In this document: piece after piece, positions 54,178 to 62,380 of the stretch
Layout of the letters: every line of letters begins with the position of its first letter
Position numbering within the stretch: the stretch's first letter is position 1
Translations under genes and position numbers: made by a program
Notes under the pieces: generated by a model
Seen by the model: the letters and a program-made list of their open reading frames with translations, nothing else
What the model was told of the DNA's origin: nothing
Database searches by the model: none
Assembly (NCBI GenBank): GCA_050117845.1
Contig: JASFLY010000007.1
Span: 42,130 to 106,129 of the forward strand
Source of the DNA: Candidatus Zixiibacteriota bacterium
Lineage (GTDB): Bacteria > RBG-13-66-14 > B26-G2 > WVWN01
DNA: 64,000 nucleotides
Reading direction: 5' to 3'

Positions 54178-56217
54178 CTACATATCGGACCCTTTCTCCG
54201 GGTCCCGGGTCTTCGTCGCCCCGCGGAATACGCCGACCAAAGCGCAAGGTTGACCGCCGCCGTCCCGGACCACCTTCGAATCCGCCTCGACGTATATAAA
54301 TGAACCGTCTTTGTCGTAAAGCCGATATCCGATACCCGTAACGGCCCCTTTCTCCAACACCTCCGACAGGGAGGCTCGGGCGCGTTCTTTATCTTCGGGA
54401 ACCAGGTAATCGAAAACGTACGTCCCCCGCAAATCCTCGGGTCCTCCCAAATTGCATAACGTCGCCGCTTTTTCATTGGCCGCCAATATCCTGCCGGAGA
54501 GGTCCGTACATATGACCCCGTCAGGGGAGTTTACCAACACGCCGCGATAACGCTCTTCGCTGGCCCGTAAGGCGGCTTCGGCCTTCTTGCGTTCGGTAAT
54601 ATCCTCTACCGTTCCTTCGTAGTACAACGTATTGCCGTCCTCATCCCGCACGGCTCGGGCGCTTTCGCGGATGAACAGAGTCGTACCGTCTTCACGCCGC
54701 CAACCTGACTCCAGGCCGACGACAACGCCGTCCTCCTCGATCCGTTTCTTGAACTCGTCTCGCGGGTATCCCGGCTCGTACCAACTCTCCTCAAGATTCC
54801 GCTCGCGCAGCTCCTCGAACGACGTGTACCCCAACATTTTTATTAACGATGGATTCGCGAGCAGGATGCGGCCGTCGGGCGTCGTACGGTAAAGGCCTAT
54901 TACGCTGTTCTCGAATACCTTTCGGAAGCGTTCCTCCGATTCGCGTAGTTCCTTGGTCCGCTCCTCCACCAACTTTTCCAGGTTCCGGCGGTAGGTGTCC
55001 AACTCCCGCTCTACGACTTTTCTCTCCGTAACATCCCGGCAAAAATACGCGAGCCGCGTCACTCCTCCTTCGGCGTCCAGGATCGGATATACGTCGTTTT
55101 CGTAAATCGCCTCCGGGAACTCGTCGGGCAAGAGTACCGGCGTCCCGGCGCGCAACGCGTACTCGAAATTACGTTTTTTCGTTATCGCCAACTCGTGGGG
55201 CAGGTACTCCAAAAACGACGTACCGACAACGGCTTTGCCCGGGAACGTCCGAACGCTTTCTTTCGTGGCGTCGCTCATCGCCACTACAAGTCCCTCGTTA
55301 TTCACGATCACGGCGAAGCGGCTTAACGTCGCGCTTAACGCCCGCTCCTCCTCGCCGGCGCGGAGAGCCGTCTCGACCATTTCCCGTTCAGTAAGGTCGC
55401 TGACCAGCACGCGGACGACTCGTGTCCGTCCGCGGGTGGAAGCGACGGCCGAAAAGACCCATACCGGGAATTCCCGGCCGTCCTTTTTAACCCCCACCAT
55501 GCGAACGGCGTCGTCAATATCGCCGGCGGCGACGGCACGGAGTTTTACGGAGGCGTCGGGTATCGGCCTCAAAAGGTCGGCCAGTTCCAGGCCGGGGAGT
55601 TCCACGGCCTTACCGTACCCGAAAATATTTACGGCCGAGGCGTTAGCGTATTCTATTCGGCCGCCGTCCCCCAGTTCTAACGCGGCCTCGGACGCCCCTT
55701 CCGCAACGCGCCGAAACGTGTCCCGTTTTTGTCCGATGGCTTTTTCCAATTTCTTTCGGTCGGCGATGGACCAGCTTACTATGGCAACGCGGTCGACCGT
55801 CCCGTCCTCGCCCGCGAACGGGTGGAAATAATCCTCGTACGGAATGGCCCGGCGCACCTCGTCGAAGTGAACCGGCCGCCGCATCCGGATGGCGTCGGCG
55901 ACACGCTCCCGACGCAAGGGAACGAGGCTGGAGGGGAAAACGTTTTCCCAGAGAGAAAGGCCGCGGAGTTCTTTCTCGGTGAAACGAGTCCGCATTCGGG
56001 CGTTCTCGTTGAACCCGATAACGGCGCCTTCGGGGTTGATCAAGAATGCCACGTTAGCCGGAGCGTTTAATAAGGCCCGGGCGGTCCCCTCGCTCTCGCG
56101 GAGGGAGGATAGCACTTCCTTGCACTCGGCCTCCATCCCCTCGAGCTCGTCAATGCGGGCCCGCGCCGCGCTTAACTCCCGGCGGAAATCGCTTATTGTC
56201 TTCTCTTCTTCGTTCAT
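54178..56217 (-). CDS. Multi-PAS protein (about 5 PAS) lacking an output domain
   Basis: Successive PAS/PAC units (SDLTER, RDVTERK, EDITERK); ends right after the last PAC. Confidence 0.85.
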   Translation of the reverse strand: MNEEEKTISDFRRELSAARARIDELEGMEAECKEVLSSLRESEGTARALLNAPANVAFLINPEGAVIGFNENARMRTRFTEKELRGLSLWENVFPSSLVPLRRERVADAIRMRRPVHFDEVRRAIPYEDYFHPFAGEDGTVDRVAIVSWSIADRKKLEKAIGQKRDTFRRVAEGASEAALELGDGGRIEYANASAVNIFGYGKAVELPGLELADLLRPIPDASVKLRAVAAGDIDDAVRMVGVKKDGREFPVWVFSAVASTRGRTRVVRVLVSDLTEREMVETALRAGEEERALSATLSRFAVIVNNEGLVVAMSDATKESVRTFPGKAVVGTSFLEYLPHELAITKKRNFEYALRAGTPVLLPDEFPEAIYENDVYPILDAEGGVTRLAYFCRDVTERKVVERELDTYRRNLEKLVEERTKELRESEERFRKVFENSVIGLYRTTPDGRILLANPSLIKMLGYTSFEELRERNLEESWYEPGYPRDEFKKRIEEDGVVVGLESGWRREDGTTLFIRESARAVRDEDGNTLYYEGTVEDITERKKAEAALRASEERYRGVLVNSPDGVICTDLSGRILAANEKAATLCNLGGPEDLRGTYVFDYLVPEDKERARASLSEVLEKGAVTGIGYRLYDKDGSFIYVEADSKVVRDGGGQPCALVGVFRGATKTRDPEKGSDM

Positions 56218-56525
56218 AATATGAACACTGGTACTCAGGTCTCTATTTACTAGAATTCGGTATATTACCAGGCGACGTCACGTTAACTATAATTCTATCA
56301 TTTTCTCCGCTTAAAAACAAACATAACTGGCAACAATTTATAGTGTATATGTACATCTCGGGAAAGCCTGTTGCTATTTTTTACGAAGGAAGGTAAGTAG
56401 AAGGGAGCGGCGCGGTACCGTAGAGCGATCCGGCCGCGTTTGCCGGTTGCAATCCCGACGCGATTGATTTATGTTTAACGTTCGGGGGACGCTCGACGAC
56501 AGGTTAGAACGGCCGGAGGTAAATA

Positions 56526-57608
56526 ATGCCGTACGTAGAATCTTTGAAGTGTCCGAATTGCGGTGCCTCGGTTCAAGGCCGGGGTACGGTCACGTGTCCG
56601 TACTGCGGCTCATCGTTGACGGTGGCTCCGCCGACGAAATCCGAAACCCGTAGAATCTCTTCGTACTATGGGACGTCGGGCCGGACCATCGCGGCGGGCC
56701 AACCCATGCGCTTCAGCCGTTTGCCCAATCTCCCCATTACGGCCGAGACCACCGACATCCCGTTCGAGCCTATAGTATCGTACGAAAAACTGCCGGGCGG
56801 TAAACTTAACCCGGCGCTTCAGAGCGAGGCCCAGGGCGTCCTGCACGTCGTCGAAACGACTCAACACGCGATAAACCGGGAAGACCTGGACTCGTATATG
56901 GCGACAATACACCCGGCCTACCCGGCCTTCGCCAAGAAGGCCCGGGCGGGCGCGGAAGCCCAATTCATATCGGGCGACATGAAACGCTACACGCTGGCCG
57001 TAACCTTCCGTAGCCTCTCCCGGGAACACGCCGTCGTCGAGGTCATGTTCGAAGCGTTTATCTTCTTCCCCTCGGGCCACGCCAACCACGTCCAGGCGAC
57101 CTTCGTTTATAAATTAAAAAAGTACGAGGGCGCCTGGCGGATATACGATTCGAGACTCCAGGGTCAGGCCACGGGAAAGGCCATAGTATTCGCAGTGGTG
57201 GGCATTTCCATGGCGGGCGTATTAATCGGCGTTATTGTGGCACTCCTGGCCGTCTTCCAATCGTGCGACACGGGCGATATCACCATCACGTCCGAACCGA
57301 AGACCATTACCATAGAGAAGTCCCAGGACATCACCATCGAAACGCCGGACGGCGTCACGACCGCGCCCGGGACGCCGGCCCGCCCCGACGCCGAGGGCTA
57401 CTACACCGCGACCACCGGCATCCCCATCTACCGCACGCCGGACCTAAACACGACCGTTACGACCGTGATAACGCCGGGAGTCCGCTTTCGCGTGTTGGAG
57501 GAAAAACCGGAGTGGTACCGTATAGTGACCGAGGACGGCGCCCGCGGTTGGGTCCCGGAGATAATCATCGAGGCGAACCTCGGCAACGACTTTAAACTAC
57601 GCGGATAG
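56526..57608 (+). CDS. Zn-ribbon / NTF2-like / TM / SH3b membrane protein
   Basis: CPNCG..CPYCG; AINREDLDSYM..LKKYEGAWRIY; TM helix; WYRIVTEDGARGWV. RBS GGAGG. Confidence 0.7.
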   Translation: MPYVESLKCPNCGASVQGRGTVTCPYCGSSLTVAPPTKSETRRISSYYGTSGRTIAAGQPMRFSRLPNLPITAETTDIPFEPIVSYEKLPGGKLNPALQSEAQGVLHVVETTQHAINREDLDSYMATIHPAYPAFAKKARAGAEAQFISGDMKRYTLAVTFRSLSREHAVVEVMFEAFIFFPSGHANHVQATFVYKLKKYEGAWRIYDSRLQGQATGKAIVFAVVGISMAGVLIGVIVALLAVFQSCDTGDITITSEPKTITIEKSQDITIETPDGVTTAPGTPARPDAEGYYTATTGIPIYRTPDLNTTVTTVITPGVRFRVLEEKPEWYRIVTEDGARGWVPEIIIEANLGNDFKLRG

Positions 57609-57626
57609 ACCCGCTTTTATTCCATG

Positions 57627-57658
57627 AAAAACCCCGCCGTTGGGCGGGGTTTTGTTTT
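57627..57658. terminator. Bidirectional terminator
   Basis: AAAACCCCGCC-gttg-GGCGGGGTTTT. Confidence 0.8.
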
Positions 57659-57678
57659 CGATTAAAGGGTCGGATAGA

Positions 57679-58908
57679 TTAACTCAAGTACTTCTTTATT
57701 TTGTACTCCAGCGTCTGGCGATTCGTCGTCCCGACTATGAAGTCCAGCACGCGGCCGTCGGGGCCTATGAAGTAAGTTTCGGGGATGCTACCCGATTTCT
57801 CGATGTACTTGCGGGCCGTACTCTCGTCGGCCATCACGATGGGATAAGTGGCGCCGAGCGCCTCCGCCGCCTCCCGCATATCCTCGGCCGAGAGGTCGTC
57901 GGTGGACATGCCGAGTACGGCGACGCCCTTGCCCTGGTACTCCTCGTATATCGCCGAGAAATCCGGTATCTCGACCCGGCACGGGCCGCACCACGTCGCC
58001 CAGACGTTGAGCAGGACCAGTTGGCCTTTGAGATCTTTCAACTTGACCTTGTTGCCGTCGAGGTCGTGTAGTTTGAAGTCCGGGGCCTTCTCGCCCGGCG
58101 GCACGGTGCAGTACTCGTCGACGTACTGCCGGAAGTGCTCGTCGGCGTGCGACATGATTTGCGCGTAGCCGGCATCGGCCCGCACGGCTTCGAACGCCGG
58201 GTCGGTCGCGAAGGCGTCCCGGAAGTTGATCATGTCAACGTGCACGAGGGCGTTAATGCACTCGAGCGCCGTCGCCGTGTCGCCGGCTTCGGCGGCGAGG
58301 CGGGCCAGATCGAAGTAGGCGAAAATGTATTCCGACGGGTCGGCCTCGTCAGCCTCCATCCGGCCTACGCCCTTCGTGTACCATTCCCGCGCTTTGTCCT
58401 TGTCCGGGTTTTCTTTTTGGAGTTCGACGTAACCGAGGCAGGTATAAGCGAAGGCGCTCTCGCCGGCGACCTCGATTAGATCGAGGAAGGCTTGTTCGGC
58501 GTCGGCCAAACGGCCCATCGCCAACAGGACCCGGCCGTACTCGGCCCGGACGCCGTACTCCTCCGGCGCGAGTTCCATCGCTCGGCGGTACATCGCCAGG
58601 CCCTCGTCCTCGCGGCCTTCGGTGAACGAGTACAGGTAGCCGAGGTGGTACGGCCCCCGGTAGTTGTCGGGCTCGAGTTCCATCCCGCGAAGGAAATGCT
58701 CCTCCGCCTGTTCCGGCCTCTCGGTCTGCTGGAGCAACGAGCCGTACTTGAAGTGGGCTTCGGCGAAGTCCGGCGCGGTCTCCAGAGCATTCTGGAAGTG
58801 TTCCTCCGCCGCGTCGTACTCGCCGTTCTCGCAGCACTGCAACGCGGACCGCACGTACGCCTTCGCGGTATCGTACTTCACGTCGGAATAATCGTAACCT
58901 GCCCCCAT
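57679..58908 (-). CDS. TPR plus TlpA-like thioredoxin (redoxin) domain protein
   Basis: N-terminal TPRs; APDFKLHDLDG..LNVWATWCGPCRVEIP..IPETYFIGPDG. Confidence 0.9.
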   Translation of the reverse strand: MGAGYDYSDVKYDTAKAYVRSALQCCENGEYDAAEEHFQNALETAPDFAEAHFKYGSLLQQTERPEQAEEHFLRGMELEPDNYRGPYHLGYLYSFTEGREDEGLAMYRRAMELAPEEYGVRAEYGRVLLAMGRLADAEQAFLDLIEVAGESAFAYTCLGYVELQKENPDKDKAREWYTKGVGRMEADEADPSEYIFAYFDLARLAAEAGDTATALECINALVHVDMINFRDAFATDPAFEAVRADAGYAQIMSHADEHFRQYVDEYCTVPPGEKAPDFKLHDLDGNKVKLKDLKGQLVLLNVWATWCGPCRVEIPDFSAIYEEYQGKGVAVLGMSTDDLSAEDMREAAEALGATYPIVMADESTARKYIEKSGSIPETYFIGPDGRVLDFIVGTTNRQTLEYKIKKYLS

Positions 58909-58911
58909 GTA

Positions 58912-59112
58912 CTACTCCTTTTCTTTTTCGCCGTTCTCGAGCTCCTCGTCGATATTGCGGAGCGTCCCCTGGAATTCCGACAGCGCCTTGTTGAACTTGT
59001 CCCGCGCCGCGTTGGTGCCGCGGTCGGCCAACTTTTGGAAGACGTCGGCTATGAGCGTCGTCACTTCGTCGAGGTTCTTGTGGTTGCTGTCGTCACGTTT
59101 TTCTTCGGCCAC
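58912..59112 (-). CDS. Small hypothetical helical protein
   Basis: AAGGAGG RBS before GTG; stops 3 nt before the next gene. Confidence 0.65.
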   Translation of the reverse strand: MAEEKRDDSNHKNLDEVTTLIADVFQKLADRGTNAARDKFNKALSEFQGTLRNIDEELENGEKEKE

Positions 59113-59260
59113 GACCTGACCTCCTTCGTAATGTATTAAGGACCCCCAATCTAATAAACGGCGCCGCCGATGTCAAACAAAAAACCCCGGCCGCGCGGGG
59201 CCGGGGGGAAGGTTGACGTTAATGGGCCCACCCCGATGCCGGAGGGCCGAGCCGTCCCCG

Positions 59261-59662
59261 CTACGCCAGTATCGACTTGTAACGATCGTAGTAAGCGTAA
59301 ACCAGGTAGGCGTTCACGGCGAACACGAGGACCCCCATAACTATAAAACCCCTCTCCACGAATATTACCCAGGGCAATATGTTGGCGCTGTACGGGACCG
59401 CCATAATAACGGCTAGCGGCCCCGTCCGCGGGATCAGCATAAGGACGCCGGTTGCGAACTTGTACAGGCCGAAGAACACCCACAGGTAACCGGTCCCCAC
59501 CATCGCGGAAAGGAAAACCCCCGCCCGGTCGGCGGAACCAAGGAAGTCGTCCTCGGCGCCGATTATCGCCAGGACCAGCATCCCCGCGCCGTGAACGGCG
59601 ATGAATAGGCCGAACAGCACGCGGATTATCTTCGTCAGGACCTTATGCTTAACTTCGTACAT
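59261..59662 (-). CDS. DoxX-like membrane protein
   Basis: IIRVLFGLF, TGYL..GVLMLI..LAV.MAVP..NI, YDRYKSIL. Confidence 0.7.
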   Translation of the reverse strand: MYEVKHKVLTKIIRVLFGLFIAVHGAGMLVLAIIGAEDDFLGSADRAGVFLSAMVGTGYLWVFFGLYKFATGVLMLIPRTGPLAVIMAVPYSANILPWVIFVERGFIVMGVLVFAVNAYLVYAYYDRYKSILA

Positions 59663-59700
59663 AACGCGGCCGGCATGTCATCGGAAGGACCCGGCGGCGA

Positions 59701-60375
59701 TTAGTCGCCGCGCATCACGTGGACCTTCTTGGTCCCGCCGGCCTTCGTGACCGGGTTGTAATAATATAAGGTGTACTCGTCGCGCGGTTGGAGGACGAAG
59801 AAGAGCGTCCCGCCGCTCGTCGCGCCGGCCGGGAGGTAGATCCCGTCGAAGTAGTCCACCGCGCCGAAGGTCTTGACGTTGTAGTTCACGGTGTAGCCCT
59901 CCGGCGACTGGAGCGTGAAGTCGCCGGGGAGGATGAGTTGCGTCTTGGTCGAGAGGTTCTTGACCTCGACGTTCAGCCGCACGTAGACCTTGCCGTCCGC
60001 GGGCGTGGCCCGGTCGGGCGGCGTCTCGTCGTGGTCCTCGCGGATCTCGCGCTCGACCGTACGGAAGAGCGAGCCCGCCAGAGCGCCCCAGTCGCCGCCG
60101 CCCAGATCCACCGATTCGCCCTTGTCGCCGTCCTTCTTCTTAGGCTTCTCGACGGGCACGAGGGCGCAGCTCTTGACGGCCACGGCCAGCGTGGGCGTCA
60201 CGTTCTCGAACTCGCGCATGGCGTCGAGCTCGGCGGCGCGTTCCATCTTGAGGGCGTCGCCCTGCTTCTCGGCGAGGGCTTCCTTGTCCGAGGCGTCGGC
60301 GGCCCGGGCCGGCGTTGCGCCCCACGCCACGGCCAACGCCGCTATTATTGCAATCAGTATCAAGCCGTTCTTCAA
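59701..60375 (-). CDS. Secreted protein with a DUF4352-like Ig domain
   Basis: Signal peptide; YVRLNVEVKNLS..FTLQ..G..LPAGATSGGTLFF. Confidence 0.65.
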   Translation of the reverse strand: MKNGLILIAIIAALAVAWGATPARAADASDKEALAEKQGDALKMERAAELDAMREFENVTPTLAVAVKSCALVPVEKPKKKDGDKGESVDLGGGDWGALAGSLFRTVEREIREDHDETPPDRATPADGKVYVRLNVEVKNLSTKTQLILPGDFTLQSPEGYTVNYNVKTFGAVDYFDGIYLPAGATSGGTLFFVLQPRDEYTLYYYNPVTKAGGTKKVHVMRGD

Positions 60376-60547
60376 AGTATTAACCTCCTGGGTTATGCAC
60401 CCACGAGGTTAGGAGAAAACGGGAGGGATGTCAAGGGGGGAGATAAAAGGTAGAGGGCGACCCTAAGCTTGGCGTAGGAAGCCAAGTAAAAATGCCTTAC
60501 CCAGCGAATAATCGAAACGAAACTACGACGGTCGTACTACTAAGGAG

Positions 60548-60787
60548 TTAAACTATGAAACGCCCGTCAGGGTGAAGTATACCGGTTTCTTCTATCCCCT
60601 TAGTACTCCCTTCCGGACGCATGGTAACAGTTATCGGTATTCCCCCGTTTTCCCACTTCTCGAATCCTTTTAATATGAACCCGCCCGGGATTTCCCTCTC
60701 GATTATTGCAGGGGAATGATACTGGACGCGGTCACCAGTAGCTTCCTCTTGCGATAGGGTCACTTTATCATTTACCTTAAACACCAT
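60548..60787 (-). CDS. Hypothetical protein (low GC)
   Basis: AAGGAGG RBS, 79 aa. Confidence 0.65.
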   Translation of the reverse strand: MVFKVNDKVTLSQEEATGDRVQYHSPAIIEREIPGGFILKGFEKWENGGIPITVTMRPEGSTKGIEETGILHPDGRFIV

Positions 60788-60864
60788 AACCTCCTTTAAA
60801 ACGATACTTACCGTTCATTCTAAGATCAAACCGTGTATGAGCACCGCGGGTAAAATTAAACACG

Positions 60865-61182
60865 TTACTGGTTTCGGTTTTGTTGGTTACGGACCTTTTT
60901 AGGGGCGTATCCGGTCCAAACATTTATACGCTTTCCGGAAAAGTCGATTGCGAGGTACGCCCTTACCCGTTTACCTTCTGCCGTCGCGAAATTCGTCCGA
61001 TTCAAACTTAAAAGGCAATCTAAAATAGCCATATTTAATTTGAGTACCTCTTCGTACTTCAATGAAATATTTACTATCTTCGTATTTGACCTTATTGCTA
61101 TGTCTTCGGGCATTATCCTCTCTAGGCGTCCCCCGCCAAAATAACCTTCTTCTCTTTTCTCCTTCTTCACCTTAATCGGCAT
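60865..61182 (-). CDS. Hypothetical basic protein (low GC)
   Basis: AAGGAGG RBS, 105 aa. Confidence 0.7.
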   Translation of the reverse strand: MPIKVKKEKREEGYFGGGRLERIMPEDIAIRSNTKIVNISLKYEEVLKLNMAILDCLLSLNRTNFATAEGKRVRAYLAIDFSGKRINVWTGYAPKKVRNQQNRNQ

Positions 61183-61223
61183 GCATCCTCCTTAAGTTTT
61201 ATTACTACGCTTAACTAACCACT

Positions 61224-61514
61224 TTAGCTTACAATCGTAATAGCGTTTAAGATATCTCCTCGGTCTTCGACGTTATTCAGAATCCATTCTATATACGAGC
61301 CAACAGTCCGATATTCCCTGCCGCCCGTTATTAAAGCAATGATTATATTGTTTTCAGAGTCGCACTGGAAATTAACGTCACTTCCGTACCTTTTATGATA
61401 CCAATAATTATCGCTTTTTATTTGAAAGGTACGTTCCCCTTTTTCTTCCAAAAGCGTACAAAGCATTCCCTCGTCTATCTCGACGTGATCTTCGAACATT
61501 ATTACGATTTTCAC
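61224..61514 (-). CDS. Hypothetical protein (low GC)
   Basis: AAGGAG RBS, GTG start, 96 aa. Confidence 0.65.
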   Translation of the reverse strand: MKIVIMFEDHVEIDEGMLCTLLEEKGERTFQIKSDNYWYHKRYGSDVNFQCDSENNIIIALITGGREYRTVGSYIEWILNNVEDRGDILNAITIVS

Positions 61515-61550
61515 GAATAATACTCCTTGGGAAGAAACCGTTTTGTAAAT

Positions 61551-61586
61551 AAAACAACGCCCCTCCCGGCCGAAGCCAGCGAGGGC
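61551..61586 (-). repeat. Conserved bulged hairpin plus U-tract, copy C
   Basis: Minus strand GCCCTCGCTGGC-TTCG-GCCGGGAGGGGCGTTGTTTT; near-identical to 61913-61953 and 63799-63835. Confidence 0.85.
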
Positions 61587-61642
61587 ACACGGTTTTATCC
61601 TGGGAAAAATAGCTTATCTAATTGCATGTATATCATTCTTCC

Positions 61643-61879
61643 TTAGAACATAGAAGCCGTATCGGTCGCGGCCTTCATTATCGCGTTAAGCTGGTCCAGT
61701 GATAGTAATATCACCGCAAGGCCTAAGACGCCAACGATAAGGAATGCGCCGAGTTTAATTATAAGGGCAGTCTTCGCGGAAACCACCTTTACCAAACCAC
61801 CCTCTAGACGACCCAACGTGATTTCACAACAACGGAATATTACGTAAACTGCGACGATAGTAGCTAATGCTGGTATCAT
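61643..61879 (-). CDS. Small hypothetical membrane protein (low GC)
   Basis: AAGGGAG RBS, two hydrophobic segments. Confidence 0.65.
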   Translation of the reverse strand: MIPALATIVAVYVIFRCCEITLGRLEGGLVKVVSAKTALIIKLGAFLIVGVLGLAVILLSLDQLNAIMKAATDTASMF

Positions 61880-61912
61880 TGTACGCTCCCTTGTTATCGT
61901 GAGATTCCTCTT

Positions 61913-61953
61913 AAAAACAACACCCCTCCCGGCCGAAGCCGGCGAGGGGCGTT
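61913..61953 (-). repeat. Conserved bulged hairpin plus U-tract, copy A
   Basis: Minus strand AACGCCCCTCGCCGGC-TTCG-GCCGGGAGGGGTGTTGTTTTT. Confidence 0.85.
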
Positions 61954-62016
61954 AATAGCGTTCATGGTTAACCCTCGGCAAACCCTAATCCCTGGTTGCC
62001 CACCCTTGCCACGAAT

Positions 62017-62045
62017 ATTATAGCCGTATTACCGGCCGTTGTCAA
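62017..62045 (-). promoter_or_regulatory. Perfect sigma70 consensus promoter
   Basis: TTGACA-ACGGCCGGTAATACGGC (17 nt)-TATAAT. Confidence 0.85.
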
Positions 62046-62072
62046 GGGGACACAACGTTGCCCGGGAACAGG

Positions 62073-62363
62073 GTCCCGCCGGCTCAAGCCGGCGGCCTAC
62101 GCCGGGCGGGTTATACACCGGCCGCTAAAGCGGCCGGTATTGTTTTGCAGACAGGAATGTCTGTGCCACTCGTGGAATGTCTGCGCCACCAATTCCCCCA
62201 TTGATACGAAACTATTGTGGCCGCACCTGAAGGTACGACCCTACGTAAACGGATACCGGCCGCTTCAGCGGCCGGTTAGTGAGCGGCTTTAGCGTTAACC
62301 GCCGGTTTCAACCGGCGGTGCATACTCCCCGCAGACAGGAGCGTCTGTGCCACTCGTGGAATG
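62073..62363. repeat. Mosaic cluster of REP-like palindromes
   Basis: Reverse strand: GTAG-GCCGCCGGC-ttga-GCCGGCGG; GTGG-CACAGAC-attcct-GTCTG (2 copies plus a half copy); GTAG-GGTCGTACC-ttca-GGTGCGGCC. Plus strand: ACCGGCCGC-t(aa/tc)a-GCGGCCGGT (x2); ACCGCCGGT-ttca-ACCGGCGGT. Confidence 0.8.
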
Positions 62364-62380
62364 GCTACCCCCCCTATAGC

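Noticed and set aside
54036..54476. N-terminal extension of the cyclase, or a programmed frameshift fusing it to the PAS-only gene
   Set aside because: The extension is low-quality, Arg/Pro-rich shadow sequence that crosses an intrinsic terminator (54127-54152). I saw no convincing slippery site.
56400..56410. GAAGGGAGCGG shared upstream of both Zn-ribbon/SH3 genes (also 63861-63871, minus strand)
   Set aside because: An 11-nt purine-rich match is plausible by chance, and the flanks do not align.
60548..61953. Integron cassette array
   Set aside because: The hairpins lack RYYYAAC...GTTRRRY ends, two of the ORF junctions have no repeat, and no IntI is present.
62073..62363. CRISPR array
   Set aside because: The repeats are heterogeneous, irregularly spaced palindromes with no constant repeat/spacer period and no cas genes.
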